Of a stretch of DNA of 64,000 nucleotides, positions 44,066 through 52,330 are shown in pieces. The stretch comes from an uncultured Acidimicrobiales bacterium (GTDB lineage Bacteria; Actinomycetota; Acidimicrobiia; Acidimicrobiales; CAZWDB01): NCBI GenBank assembly GCA_964632885.1, contig CAZWDB010000004.1:11892-75891 (forward strand), in the 5' to 3' direction. The notes below the pieces were generated by a model that saw only the letters and a list, made by a program, of their open reading frames with translations, was not told the DNA's origin and searched no databases. The translations under genes and the position numbers were made by a program. How positions within the stretch are numbered: position 1 is the stretch's first letter; the number at the start of each line of letters is the position of its first letter.

Positions 44066-44764
44066 TCACCCGATCGGGCTAGGACAAGAGGCCGGAGCGG
44101 CCAAGTTCGTGGCCGTCATCGGCCACCGGTTCGGTGCTTCCAGGTCGAGCACTTCGGCGGAGTGCCGTTTCGTGAGCATGCTCTCGACCGTCCGGTGCAC
44201 GACGTCGACATCAAGCCTCAGGCTCTCAGTCACCTCGTCACCGCTCAGGCCCTGCGCGACTGCCTCGAGGAGCGCTCGTTCGGTCGCTGTCAGGTACATG
44301 GCTCCTGCCGCCTCCAGGTCGTGGAGGGCTTCGGAGGCCAGATGTGAAGGGAAGTCGGGCTTCCCTGCGGCCAACGACCGCGCGGCTGCGGCGATCTCGG
44401 CTGCGCCGCGGTTCAGGTTGGCATGACCGGACGCGCCGGCCTTGAACGTGTCGTAGAGGTGCGGGGCGGCGTCGCTCGTTGTGAGGATCGCCACCCTGGC
44501 GGTCGGCGATGCGGATCGGACTCGCCGGGTGGTCGCCGCCGCAACGCCGTGCGCGCCGCGGAGCTGCACCAGAGCAACATCCGGCAGCAGGGTCCGGGCG
44601 AGGCGTTCCGCCGCCTCACCGTTCGTGGCCACACCTGCCACATCCAAGCCCGGCTCGCGTGCGAGCGCCTGCGCGGAAGCACGGGCTGCAGATACCAAGA
44701 CCGTGCAGGTTGCCCCGGAGGGCGCGCGCATCTCATCGTAGAGTTGAACGCTCATATGCGACAT
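44066..44764 (-). CDS. LuxR-family regulator with degenerate (pseudo-)receiver domain
   Basis: ORF trimmed to ATG 44764 (RBS GGGAAGGGGA). REC-like layout, but the acidic pocket reads VLVSAARA instead of DD, and the phospho-acceptor context reads PDVALVQL (Gln in place of Asp). The C-terminal HTH is LTATERALLEAVAQGLSGDEVTESLRLDVDVVHRTVESML. Confidence 0.7.
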   Translation of the reverse strand: MSHMSVQLYDEMRAPSGATCTVLVSAARASAQALAREPGLDVAGVATNGEAAERLARTLLPDVALVQLRGAHGVAAATTRRVRSASPTARVAILTTSDAAPHLYDTFKAGASGHANLNRGAAEIAAAARSLAAGKPDFPSHLASEALHDLEAAGAMYLTATERALLEAVAQGLSGDEVTESLRLDVDVVHRTVESMLTKRHSAEVLDLEAPNRWPMTATNLAAPASCPSPIG

Positions 44765-44804
44765 CGTCCCCTTCCCGAGCGCGTCATGTGACCTGCACTG
44801 TCGG

Positions 44805-44850
44805 ACTGTACGGACGTGGCCCGAAAAAAAAGAGACCCGTTTGGACGACA
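44805..44850 (-). promoter_or_regulatory. Box + T-tract promoter module, copy 1
   Basis: On the minus strand: TGTCGTCCAAACGGGTCTC (44850-44832), T8, 13 nt, then TACAGT (44810-44805). Confidence 0.5.
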
Positions 44851-44878
44851 TTTGGTGAAATTCTCGTCGTCCGCATTG

Positions 44879-45451
44879 TCACCCGCGGGCCTCCGCGGCA
44901 AGGCGGGCGAGGTGGATAGCTTGGTCCTTCACGACCGCCGGGTCCGTGACCACGTCGGAGTGCTGAACGGTGATGAGCTCGTCGTCCACGCGCACTAGGA
45001 CGAGGCGAAAGACGTCGATCCAGACGGCCTCGTCACCTAGCCCTTCCACCTCCTCGCTCACGCCAGGAAAGCGGGTGGCGAAACCGCGGTACTTCGCCTC
45101 CGCATCGAAGTCGGCGAAGCCGATGTTGGCGCTCCAGCGGGCATCGCGCTCGAGGTTCATCTGGCACACGACCTGGTCGCTGACGACGCCGAGGCCGCCC
45201 TCGCGGGGCTCGAGCACCGGGCCGACGATGCGCTCCGCCTGAGCCTCCGTCACGAGAGTGCAGGGGTCGAGGTGGGGGGTATGGCTGTGCGAGCCGTGGT
45301 CGTGCGCGTCGGCGGCGAAGACCCGCTGTGCAGCGAAGGCGACGCCGCCGACCAGGACGAGGGCGGCGAGGAGCACGAGCGCGCGAGCGCGCCAGCGTGG
45401 CTTCGGGGGCCGCGCGGGCTCCTGCGGCGCGGCTTCGGTCACGAGTGTCAT
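44879..45451 (-). CDS. Exported/anchored hypothetical protein (190 aa)
   Basis: ATG 45451 forms an ATGA overlap with the kinase stop. RWRARALVLLAALVLVGGVAFAA anchor. Confidence 0.65.
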   Translation of the reverse strand: MTLVTEAAPQEPARPPKPRWRARALVLLAALVLVGGVAFAAQRVFAADAHDHGSHSHTPHLDPCTLVTEAQAERIVGPVLEPREGGLGVVSDQVVCQMNLERDARWSANIGFADFDAEAKYRGFATRFPGVSEEVEGLGDEAVWIDVFRLVLVRVDDELITVQHSDVVTDPAVVKDQAIHLARLAAEARG

Positions 45452-48171
45452 CGCGTGGGTTGGCTCCTTCGGGACGGGCGTGGGCAAGAGACAGTGGCTT
45501 CGAGGACGGCGCCCTGAGGGCTCGCGGTCCGCAAGCGGAGCGTGCCGCCGACGGCGGCGAGGCGGCGCTCGACGGCCGTGAGGCCGAAGCGGTGACGGCC
45601 GTCGTCCTCGGCGTCGTTGGCCGCGCTGAATCCGACACCGTCGTCGGTGATGGTGAGGGTGACGTCGCGGCCCGCGCCCCGGAGAACGATCGACGCGTGG
45701 GTCGCCTGGGCGTGGCGCTCGATGTTCATGAGCGCCTCGTGGGTGGTACGGAAGAAGGCGTCGTCCTGCTCAGCCGTCAAGCTGGGCAGGTTGCCGGCGA
45801 CGTCGAGGGAAACGGCGATGCCGGTGGTCGCCTGGAACCGCTTCGTCAGTGCCTCGAGCGACGCCACCAGGCCCATCTGTCGTGCCTCGGCGAACATCAG
45901 GGCGTGGATGGCGTCCCGCACGTCGTTGGCGCCCCGGCCGGCCATGCCCGCCAGCTCCTCGAACCGGCGGTGCCACCGGGGGTCCGGCGCGTCGGCCACG
46001 TACTGGGTGAGCAGCATGCCCATGCCGGTCAGCACCTGGCCGACGGAGTCGTGCAGGTCGTGGGCGATGCGCTCCCGCTCCGCCGCGATGGCGAGGCGGC
46101 GCTCCCGGTCGGCGAGCTCGCGCCGCAGACCGGCCTTGTAGACGATCTCGGCGCAGCCGGCGCCGATGGCGACGAGCAGCTCCTCCGCGCTGGCGTCCGG
46201 TCGCGGGCCGGGCACGGCGACACGCAGGGCGCCGTAGACGCGATGCCGGTGCACGACGGGCACGAGCAGTCCCGTCGACGTCGTCCGCGGTCGGAGCGAC
46301 TCGCCCCGGCGCGCCAGCTGCTGCCGCCAAGAGCGGATGGACGCCATCTCCTCGCGATCGGCCTGGCGCGCACCGACGGCGACGCGGGCGTCCTTATCGG
46401 CGATGGCCACCGACCGGAAGGCGAAGCCCAGCTCCGCCTCGAAGAGCCGGTTCAGCTCGCCGAGGGCCGCGTCGAGGTTCGTCGTGCCGGTGACCACGTC
46501 GGAGAGCCGGTAGAGCGCCTCGACCTCCCGCAGCCGCAGGCGCAGGTGGTCGTCGAGGTCGGCCCGGTGGATGGCAGCGGAGGCCAGCCGGGCAAGCGCG
46601 AGCCCGGTGTCGAGGTCGGCCTCGCCCGCGCCGCCGGGCAGCGGGAAGCCGGTGGCGACGACGCCGACCACACGCTCGCCGCGTAGGAGCGGGAACAGGG
46701 CGGCCGACTGCACCGCCGGCGGCACGAACAGCGGGTCGAGGGCGAGGCCGCCGTCCACTGACGGGTACACGAGAGGATCGGGCCGCTCCGCCCACACTCC
46801 CCGGGCGCGGGCCAGCTCCGCGGGTGCGACGGCGCCGACGCTCTTGGGCCGGGCGGCGAACCAAGCCACGCCGCGGTGCACGAGGGTGTGCAGCACGTCT
46901 GGATCGGCGTCGGAGAGCAGGTTCACCGAGCAGTGGCTCGTCCCCAGCAGCGTCTCGAACGACTGGCACACGAGGTCGAGCACCTCGGCGAGCGACGTCG
47001 AGGAGTTCAGCGCCGCGCTGGCGTCGTAGAGGATGGCGAGGCGGTGCAGTAGGGCGTGGCGCTCCAGCGCGGCGGAGGCGATGTCGGCGAGGGCCACCGC
47101 GGCCGAGCGCTCCTGGTCGTCGAGGGCGGCGCTGGCGTCGAACCCGAGGGTCACGACGCCGCGCGCCGGGCCGTCGACGAGCAGCGGGAGGAACAGGTAC
47201 CGGGTCGCGCCGGCGGCGGTGCCGCCGAACTCCTCGGCCAGCCACGGGTGGTCGCCCATCTCGACCGGCGGCGGGTTGTCGACACCGACCCAGGCGCGAA
47301 TGAGCGGGTCGACGATGGCGCGCGGGACATCCGAGAGGCGCGTGACCGCCGGCAACGGCGTAACGCCCTTGGCAGCCACGGAGGTGATGGTGTCGAGGTC
47401 GTCCTGGAAGAGCACCACCTCGCAGCAGCGGGCCCCGAGCAGGTCGGTGTAGGCGGCTACGAGGCGGTCGACGATCACCGCGGGCTCGAGCGGCGACGCG
47501 AGCGAGGCCGCCGCCTGCGCCAGCGCCTCCTGCAACCGGGCGCGCCCGCGGACGGTTGCATAGAGCTGGGCGTTGCGGACCGCCAGCCCCGCGTAGGCGC
47601 CGAACGCCTCGAGGAGGGCGACGTCGTTGCGGCTGAACGAGCGAACCTCGTCCCAGTCCACGCACATCACGCCGTAGGGCTCGCCGGCGGCCATGAGCGG
47701 GACGAGGGCGAAGCCGCGCAGGTCGAAGCGGGAGATGAGCTCGCCGGGGATGACGTCGGACGTGCGGGCGTCCTCGAAGACGATCGCACGACCAGCGTGC
47801 AGCAGCTCCCAGCGGAAGTCGTCGAGCTCGACGGGCTTCATGCCGTGGAAGCGCTCGTGGAGGTCGGGCCCAGGCACCTCGCGCACGACGGTCGCCGGGA
47901 GGAGCTGGCGCCCTTGCAGCAGCAGGACGGCCGTGCCACCCGCGCCCGTGGCCTCCAGACCGGCCTCGGCGAGCAGCTCAAGAACCTCGTCGAGGTCCAG
48001 CGTCGAGCTGAGCGCCAGCGCGACGCGCTCCAGCAGGCGCCCGGTGGCGGGCGTCACCTCCGGGAACGGGGGCAGCTCGGTGAGGACCATCAGGTCCTGG
48101 TCTCCGTCACTCAGGGTGTTGTACGCACGAGCCGCCGAAACGTCGCGCGCGGGCTCCGGCGGGGCGGCCAC
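45448..48171 (-). CDS. Cytoplasmic multi-GAF sensor histidine kinase (NarL-partner, HisKA_3 type)
   Basis: Repeated GAF-like blocks. The H-box is RERIAHDLHDSVGQVLTGM. The HATPase region is ITDDGVGF...FGLTAVERRLAAVGGTLRL. Confidence 0.85.
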   Translation of the reverse strand: MAAPPEPARDVSAARAYNTLSDGDQDLMVLTELPPFPEVTPATGRLLERVALALSSTLDLDEVLELLAEAGLEATGAGGTAVLLLQGRQLLPATVVREVPGPDLHERFHGMKPVELDDFRWELLHAGRAIVFEDARTSDVIPGELISRFDLRGFALVPLMAAGEPYGVMCVDWDEVRSFSRNDVALLEAFGAYAGLAVRNAQLYATVRGRARLQEALAQAAASLASPLEPAVIVDRLVAAYTDLLGARCCEVVLFQDDLDTITSVAAKGVTPLPAVTRLSDVPRAIVDPLIRAWVGVDNPPPVEMGDHPWLAEEFGGTAAGATRYLFLPLLVDGPARGVVTLGFDASAALDDQERSAAVALADIASAALERHALLHRLAILYDASAALNSSTSLAEVLDLVCQSFETLLGTSHCSVNLLSDADPDVLHTLVHRGVAWFAARPKSVGAVAPAELARARGVWAERPDPLVYPSVDGGLALDPLFVPPAVQSAALFPLLRGERVVGVVATGFPLPGGAGEADLDTGLALARLASAAIHRADLDDHLRLRLREVEALYRLSDVVTGTTNLDAALGELNRLFEAELGFAFRSVAIADKDARVAVGARQADREEMASIRSWRQQLARRGESLRPRTTSTGLLVPVVHRHRVYGALRVAVPGPRPDASAEELLVAIGAGCAEIVYKAGLRRELADRERRLAIAAERERIAHDLHDSVGQVLTGMGMLLTQYVADAPDPRWHRRFEELAGMAGRGANDVRDAIHALMFAEARQMGLVASLEALTKRFQATTGIAVSLDVAGNLPSLTAEQDDAFFRTTHEALMNIERHAQATHASIVLRGAGRDVTLTITDDGVGFSAANDAEDDGRHRFGLTAVERRLAAVGGTLRLRTASPQGAVLEATVSCPRPSRRSQPTR

Positions 48172-48172
48172 C

Positions 48173-48814
48173 TCACCCCCTCGCGTCGGTCATGCCCTGC
48201 TGGGCGGCGTACACCGCAGCCTCTATCCGGTCGCTGAGGTGGAGCTTGGCGTAGATGTCCTCCACCCGCCGCCGGAGGGTGCGCTCGGACATGTGGAGCC
48301 GGGTGGCCATCTCCCGGTTGGTCTCGCCCCGGCCGATGCCGACGAGCACCTCCCGCTCCATGTCGCTGAGCCAGGTGGGGTCGGCCGCCTCCAGGTCGGT
48401 CACGAAGCTGGCGGCCAGGTCGGACGGGATCACCAGATTGCCAGCCCACACCGACCGGACCGCCCGGGCGATGTCAGCCGCCTCGGCGTCTTTCACCACG
48501 TAGCCACACGCCCCCGCCTTGAGGGCCTTGTAGAGGTCGGCTTGCTCGTCGCTGGCGGTGAGCACGAGCACCTTCGTCGTCGGCGAGGCGGCTTGCACCC
48601 GGCGGGAGCCCTCGATGCCGTCGGTCCCCGGCATGCGGATGTCCATCAGCACGACGTCGGGCATGAGGTCGAGCGCCTTCTGCTCGGCGTCCTCGGCGGT
48701 CGTCGTGACGCCCACGACCTGGATCTCGTCGTCCTCGTGCTCGAGCATCACGGCGAGCCCGCGCGCGAAGACGGGATGGTCGTCGCACACGATCACCGTG
48801 ATGGGAGGGGCCAT
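48173..48814 (-). CDS. NarL/LuxR-family response regulator
   Basis: ORF trimmed to ATG 48814. ITVIVCDDHPVFARGL, PDVVLMDIRMPGTDG, VLVLTAS, KAGACGYVVK. The HTH is LSDMEREVLVGIGRGETNREMATRLHMSERTLRRRVEDIYAKL. Confidence 0.9.
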   Translation of the reverse strand: MAPPITVIVCDDHPVFARGLAVMLEHEDDEIQVVGVTTTAEDAEQKALDLMPDVVLMDIRMPGTDGIEGSRRVQAASPTTKVLVLTASDEQADLYKALKAGACGYVVKDAEAADIARAVRSVWAGNLVIPSDLAASFVTDLEAADPTWLSDMEREVLVGIGRGETNREMATRLHMSERTLRRRVEDIYAKLHLSDRIEAAVYAAQQGMTDARG

Positions 48815-48821
48815 GATCGGG

Positions 48822-48867
48822 ACGATACGGATCTGGTGCAAAAAAAAAGAGACCCGTTTGGACGACA
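48822..48867 (-). promoter_or_regulatory. Box + T-tract promoter module, copy 2 (leaderless NarL regulator mRNA predicted)
   Basis: On the minus strand: TGTCGTCCAAACGGGTCTC (48867-48849), T9, 12 nt, then TATCGT (48827-48822). The ATG follows 7 nt after the hexamer. Confidence 0.5.
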
Positions 48868-48992
48868 TCCGCGCGAACGCCCGCAGCCACACCACTGTGC
48901 ATTGCGGGTCGTGATTTGGCCTGGGTCAGCCCCGAATAACGAACCCTACGTGCACACTCGCCTGCGCCTATGCGAGAGCCTTACCCGATCTG

Positions 48993-49643
48993 CTAGAGCA
49001 GCCCGTTCCGGCCCGCGACGGCGGCCGCCTCGGACCGCGTCCGGCAGCCGAGCTTGGCCATGGCCCGGCGCATGTAAGTACGGATGGTGTTCGGCGTCAG
49101 GCCCAGTGCGCCGCCGATGTCCTCGTTCGAGTAGCCCCGGGCGACCAGCCGGAGCACCTGGACCTCCCGGTGGGAGAGGCGCGGCTCGTCGCCCGCGTAC
49201 TGGCGTTGGCCCCGCCACTTGGCGACCCGGCTGGCGATCTTGGGGTCGATCACCGGGTCGCCGGCCGCGACCGCCCGGATGGCGCGCTTGAGCTCGTACC
49301 CACCGATGTCCTTGTACACGAACGCCAGCGCGCCGGCGTCGAGGGCGCCGCGGATCACGTTGTCCTCGAGGAACGTCGTCAGCAAGATGACGGCGACATG
49401 CGGGTGCTCCTCCGTGATGCGTTCGCACAGCTCGACGCCCGTCATGCCGGGCAGGCTGTAGTCGACGACGGCGATGTCAGGGGCAACGTTGGCGATGAGC
49501 TTGAGCGCCTGTTCCCCGCTGGCGGCGACACCTACGAGGTCGATGTCGCGCTCGCGGTTCAGGATGGCGGTGAGTCCCGCCCGGACGATCTCGTGGTCGT
49601 CGACGATGACGATACGCACCGGGTGGTGGTCGGTGGTCATCAT
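48993..49643 (-). CDS. NarL/LuxR-family response regulator
   Basis: ORF trimmed to ATG 49643, which forms an ATGA overlap with the upstream stop. VRIVIVDDHEIVRAGL, PDIAVVDYSLPGMTG, ILLTTF. The HTH is LSHREVQVLRLVARGYSNEDIGGALGLTPNTIRTYMRRAMAKL. Confidence 0.9.
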   Translation of the reverse strand: MMTTDHHPVRIVIVDDHEIVRAGLTAILNRERDIDLVGVAASGEQALKLIANVAPDIAVVDYSLPGMTGVELCERITEEHPHVAVILLTTFLEDNVIRGALDAGALAFVYKDIGGYELKRAIRAVAAGDPVIDPKIASRVAKWRGQRQYAGDEPRLSHREVQVLRLVARGYSNEDIGGALGLTPNTIRTYMRRAMAKLGCRTRSEAAAVAGRNGLL

Positions 49644-50689
49644 CGCACCCGCACTTCCGCCGCGAACGAGGCGACGGCCTCGACGCCGCGAGGCGCGACA
49701 TTGCTGATGCGGAACGCGCCACCGTCGTGCTCGATGGCGCGCTGCAGCGACCGCACCGCCCAGGGCGTCCCGAAGAGTGGGCGATGCACGAGGCTCACCC
49801 CGTCGTCCCGCATCGACAGCGTCACGTCCGACGTGCTGTAGGACAGCACGATCGTGACGGCGGCAGCCCGCGCATCGAGCTCGGCCGTGAGCAGCCAGTC
49901 GACGGCGAGGGCGAAGAGCGCGTACGCGACCGCGGGGTCGACAGGGAACTGCTCGCCGCGGACCTGGGCCGCAACGGAGATGCCCGTCGCCGCTCCGAAC
50001 TCGCCCGCCAGCCACCGCAAGGAGGACCGCAGGTCGTCGACGTCCCGTGCGAGGTAGAGGGCGCCGCCCTCGCCCCGCCGGAGGGCGCGGTGGGCGGCGC
50101 TCAGCTCGTTGAGCAGCCGGGACAAGTTGGCCGGGGTGGCTTCGCGGGCGTCCTGGAGCGCGCCGGCGAGCCCGGTGCCGACGCGGGCGATGTGGCGGCG
50201 GGCGGCCGCCCACGCCGGCGCCGCCATGTCCGCCGGCATCACCCTGCGGTCGCCGAGGCGGTCCAGCTGGCGCTGGGCGTCGACGCGCTCGATCACCAGT
50301 GAGAAGGCGGCCGCCAGGCCTCCGACGAACCCAGGCTCGAGGGCTGCGGTCCGCTTCCGATCGACAGCGACATGGAGGGCGCCGACGAGGCGACGACCTC
50401 GCCGGATGGGAACGACGATGCGGCCCTCCTCAGGTTGAGTGGGACCCTCGTGCTCGCGTGGCGGAGGCGGTGCAACCACGGTTGCGATCGTGACGCCTGT
50501 GTCCAGCGGGCGGCGGAGGCGACGGTTGGCGACCCGCACCGCCGTGGGCAGGTCCGCACTCGTGGCCAGCGCCTCCCACACGCCCAGCAGCACCTCGGCG
50601 AGATCCGGTCTCACATGATGCTGTACGTCCCAGCTGCCAAACCGTCGCGCGCGAAGGAGGACATTCCGCGGTGCCCGGCGAAGTTGCAC
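49640..50689 (-). CDS. Soluble GAF-like / HATPase_c sensor kinase-like protein with atypical H-box
   Basis: The C-terminal LSMRDDGVSL...AVRSLQRAIEHDGGAFRISNVAPRGVEAVASF resembles HATPase_c. No canonical HDxxxQ H-box was seen. The start is uncertain; GTG 50614 is an alternative. Confidence 0.65.
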   Translation of the reverse strand: MQLRRAPRNVLLRARRFGSWDVQHHVRPDLAEVLLGVWEALATSADLPTAVRVANRRLRRPLDTGVTIATVVAPPPPREHEGPTQPEEGRIVVPIRRGRRLVGALHVAVDRKRTAALEPGFVGGLAAAFSLVIERVDAQRQLDRLGDRRVMPADMAAPAWAAARRHIARVGTGLAGALQDAREATPANLSRLLNELSAAHRALRRGEGGALYLARDVDDLRSSLRWLAGEFGAATGISVAAQVRGEQFPVDPAVAYALFALAVDWLLTAELDARAAAVTIVLSYSTSDVTLSMRDDGVSLVHRPLFGTPWAVRSLQRAIEHDGGAFRISNVAPRGVEAVASFAAEVRVR

Positions 50690-50718
50690 AGCACAGGGCT
50701 GGCGCGCGGGGGGTCACG

Positions 50719-51825
50719 ATGCTCGCCTATTCGGGACAACAGCACAAGGCAGCGCCAGGAGCCGCTCCGGACGTTGCCGAGGCGAACGACCTGGACCGGG
50801 CACAGGTCGAGGAGCTGTTCGCTCGGTACCGGCCCAGGGTGCTCGGCCTCTGCCGGAGGCTGTTGGGGCGACGAGAGACCGCCGAGGACGCCTGCCAGGA
50901 AGCGCTGGCCAAGGCCTACGAGGCGTTGCCGCGCTTCCGGGTGGGCTCGCCGATGTGGCCGTGGCTGGCGACAATCGCCGCCAACGCCTGCCGTGACGCG
51001 GCGCGGCGCGAACATCCCGAGACCTCCATCGACGTGCTCGACCGCGTCGACACCGTCGACCTAGAGGAGCTGGTATCCCGTCGATCGCGAGCGGGCCTCG
51101 TGCGCGAAGCCGTCGCATCGCTGCCCTCGTCGTATCGCAACACCGTGGAGCTGCGCGACCTCGAAGGCTGGAGCTACTCCGACATCGCCGACCTTCGGGG
51201 CCGCAGCGTCGGGTCCGTGCGGACGACCCTCATGCGCGGACGAAGGGCGCTCGCGGCCCGCATCGAGGAACTGGCGCGGGAGCGGCGCGAGTGGCCCCTT
51301 GCGGGCGTGCCGGTGATGGTGGACGCCTACCGCCGCCTGCGGGCCCGCGTCGCCGCCCGCCTGCAGCCCACCGTTGACGCCTTTGGCGCGGCCTCGTCCA
51401 GGCTCGACGGCGCGATCGCCGCCCTGTCTGCCGCACCGCTGTCAGTCATGGCGCCCGTCGCGGCGGCGGCCGCACTCGCGTCGCTCACACTGATGCCGTC
51501 GGAGGCGTCGACGGCGGCAGGCACAGCGCGGGCGGCGCGTCCGGTCGTGGTTGCTTCCAGCGATGATTCACCGCCAGCCGACGCCGGCGCTATGCCCACC
51601 GCACCCGCCTCACGCGAGCGTGCCTCAACTGGTGAGGCGCCGGCCCCAGTCGAGACGCCCGCGCTCGCGGTCGCCGCGGAGGCGCCTGCGCCGGAGGACA
51701 CGCCCGCCGACGCCGAGACGCCTGACGGGTTCTACATTGCGGTCGGCCCGACCGGCCTCTACTGCGGCGAGGACGAGGATCGCGAGCAGCTCACCGAGAT
51801 CGTTTGCGACGTGGTCTCGCCCTAG
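50719..51825 (+). CDS. ECF-type sigma-70 family factor with a long C-terminal extension containing a hydrophobic segment
   Basis: VEELFARYRPRVLGLCRRLLGRRETAEDACQEALAKAYEALPRF (region 2) and ELRDLEGWSYSDIADLRGRSVGSVRTTLMRGRRAL (region 4), followed by about 190 aa including AAPLSVMAPVAAAAALASLTLMP. The track start is 50671; ATG 50719 is preferred. Confidence 0.8.
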   Translation: MLAYSGQQHKAAPGAAPDVAEANDLDRAQVEELFARYRPRVLGLCRRLLGRRETAEDACQEALAKAYEALPRFRVGSPMWPWLATIAANACRDAARREHPETSIDVLDRVDTVDLEELVSRRSRAGLVREAVASLPSSYRNTVELRDLEGWSYSDIADLRGRSVGSVRTTLMRGRRALAARIEELARERREWPLAGVPVMVDAYRRLRARVAARLQPTVDAFGAASSRLDGAIAALSAAPLSVMAPVAAAAALASLTLMPSEASTAAGTARAARPVVVASSDDSPPADAGAMPTAPASRERASTGEAPAPVETPALAVAAEAPAPEDTPADAETPDGFYIAVGPTGLYCGEDEDREQLTEIVCDVVSP

Positions 51826-51826
51826 G

Positions 51827-52057
51827 TCAGACCCGGGCGCAGACGTAGACGCGAAAGAACGGCTCCGAGTGGTGAGGCCCACTCCCAAAGCCGGTGCACG
51901 AGGTGCAGCTCTCCGGGAACGGCAGCGGTACGCCGCCGGCGTGGCCGTGGCCGCATACGCCCGGGTCGAGGTTGCTCGGCGTCGCCGGCGCACTCGGAGC
52001 GGCGAACGTAAGCGAGCTGACGGTAAGGGCGGCGCCTATGACAAGGCGCCTCAGCAT
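51827..52057 (-). CDS. Small exported Cys/His-rich peptide (76 aa)
   Basis: ORF 51827-52180 trimmed to ATG 52057. MLRRLVIGAALTVSSLTFAAPSAPA is signal-like, followed by GVCGHGHAGG...ESCTSCTGFGSGPHH...VYVCARV. Confidence 0.5.
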   Translation of the reverse strand: MLRRLVIGAALTVSSLTFAAPSAPATPSNLDPGVCGHGHAGGVPLPFPESCTSCTGFGSGPHHSEPFFRVYVCARV

Positions 52058-52185
52058 CCTGGTACGTGTCACTTGATTGACCCCTTCGGAAGACGAGGGC
52101 GGCCGTCCGCTGCGGTGCGTAGGCCGTCCACTGCTGGGTTCGACGGGCCTCGGCCATCTCCTCGTGTGCTTCGAGGCCATCGCGA

Positions 52186-52231
52186 ACTATGCGCCCTTCG
52201 TCCCGAAAAAAAGAGACCCGTTTGGACGACA
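52186..52231 (-). promoter_or_regulatory. Box + T-tract promoter module, copy 3
   Basis: On the minus strand: TGTCGTCCAAACGGGTCTC (52231-52213), T7, 14 nt, then CATAGT (52191-52186). Confidence 0.45.
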
Positions 52232-52330
52232 CGTTGCGGCTTGGTCCGCTAGTGGCCCTCGTTCCTCGATAGCAGTACGAGCTCGACCAGTCGGTTGGCC
52301 GCGTCGCCTTCGCGGGACGTCGGCGGCGGC

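Noticed and set aside
44823-44850. The box plus T-run as an intrinsic terminator or part of a MITE.
   Set aside because: The 19-nt box has no internal self-complementarity, and only copy 1 has a nearby pairing partner.
Copy 3 has no co-directional upstream gene to terminate.
No terminal inverted repeats or target duplications were seen.
44765-44851. MSSKRVSFF-type N-terminal extensions, also at 48815-48895 and in ORF 51822-52232.
   Set aside because: The shared peptide is simply the translation of the conserved non-coding box plus T-run.
Real starts with better context lie downstream at 44764, 48814 and 52057.
45033-47665. Arg/Pro-rich ORFs overlapping the histidine kinase, for example 45033-45638, 45328-46686 and 46394-47665.
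   Set aside because: These are alternative-frame or antisense shadows of the 907-aa GAF kinase gene, which has clear H-box and ATPase motifs.
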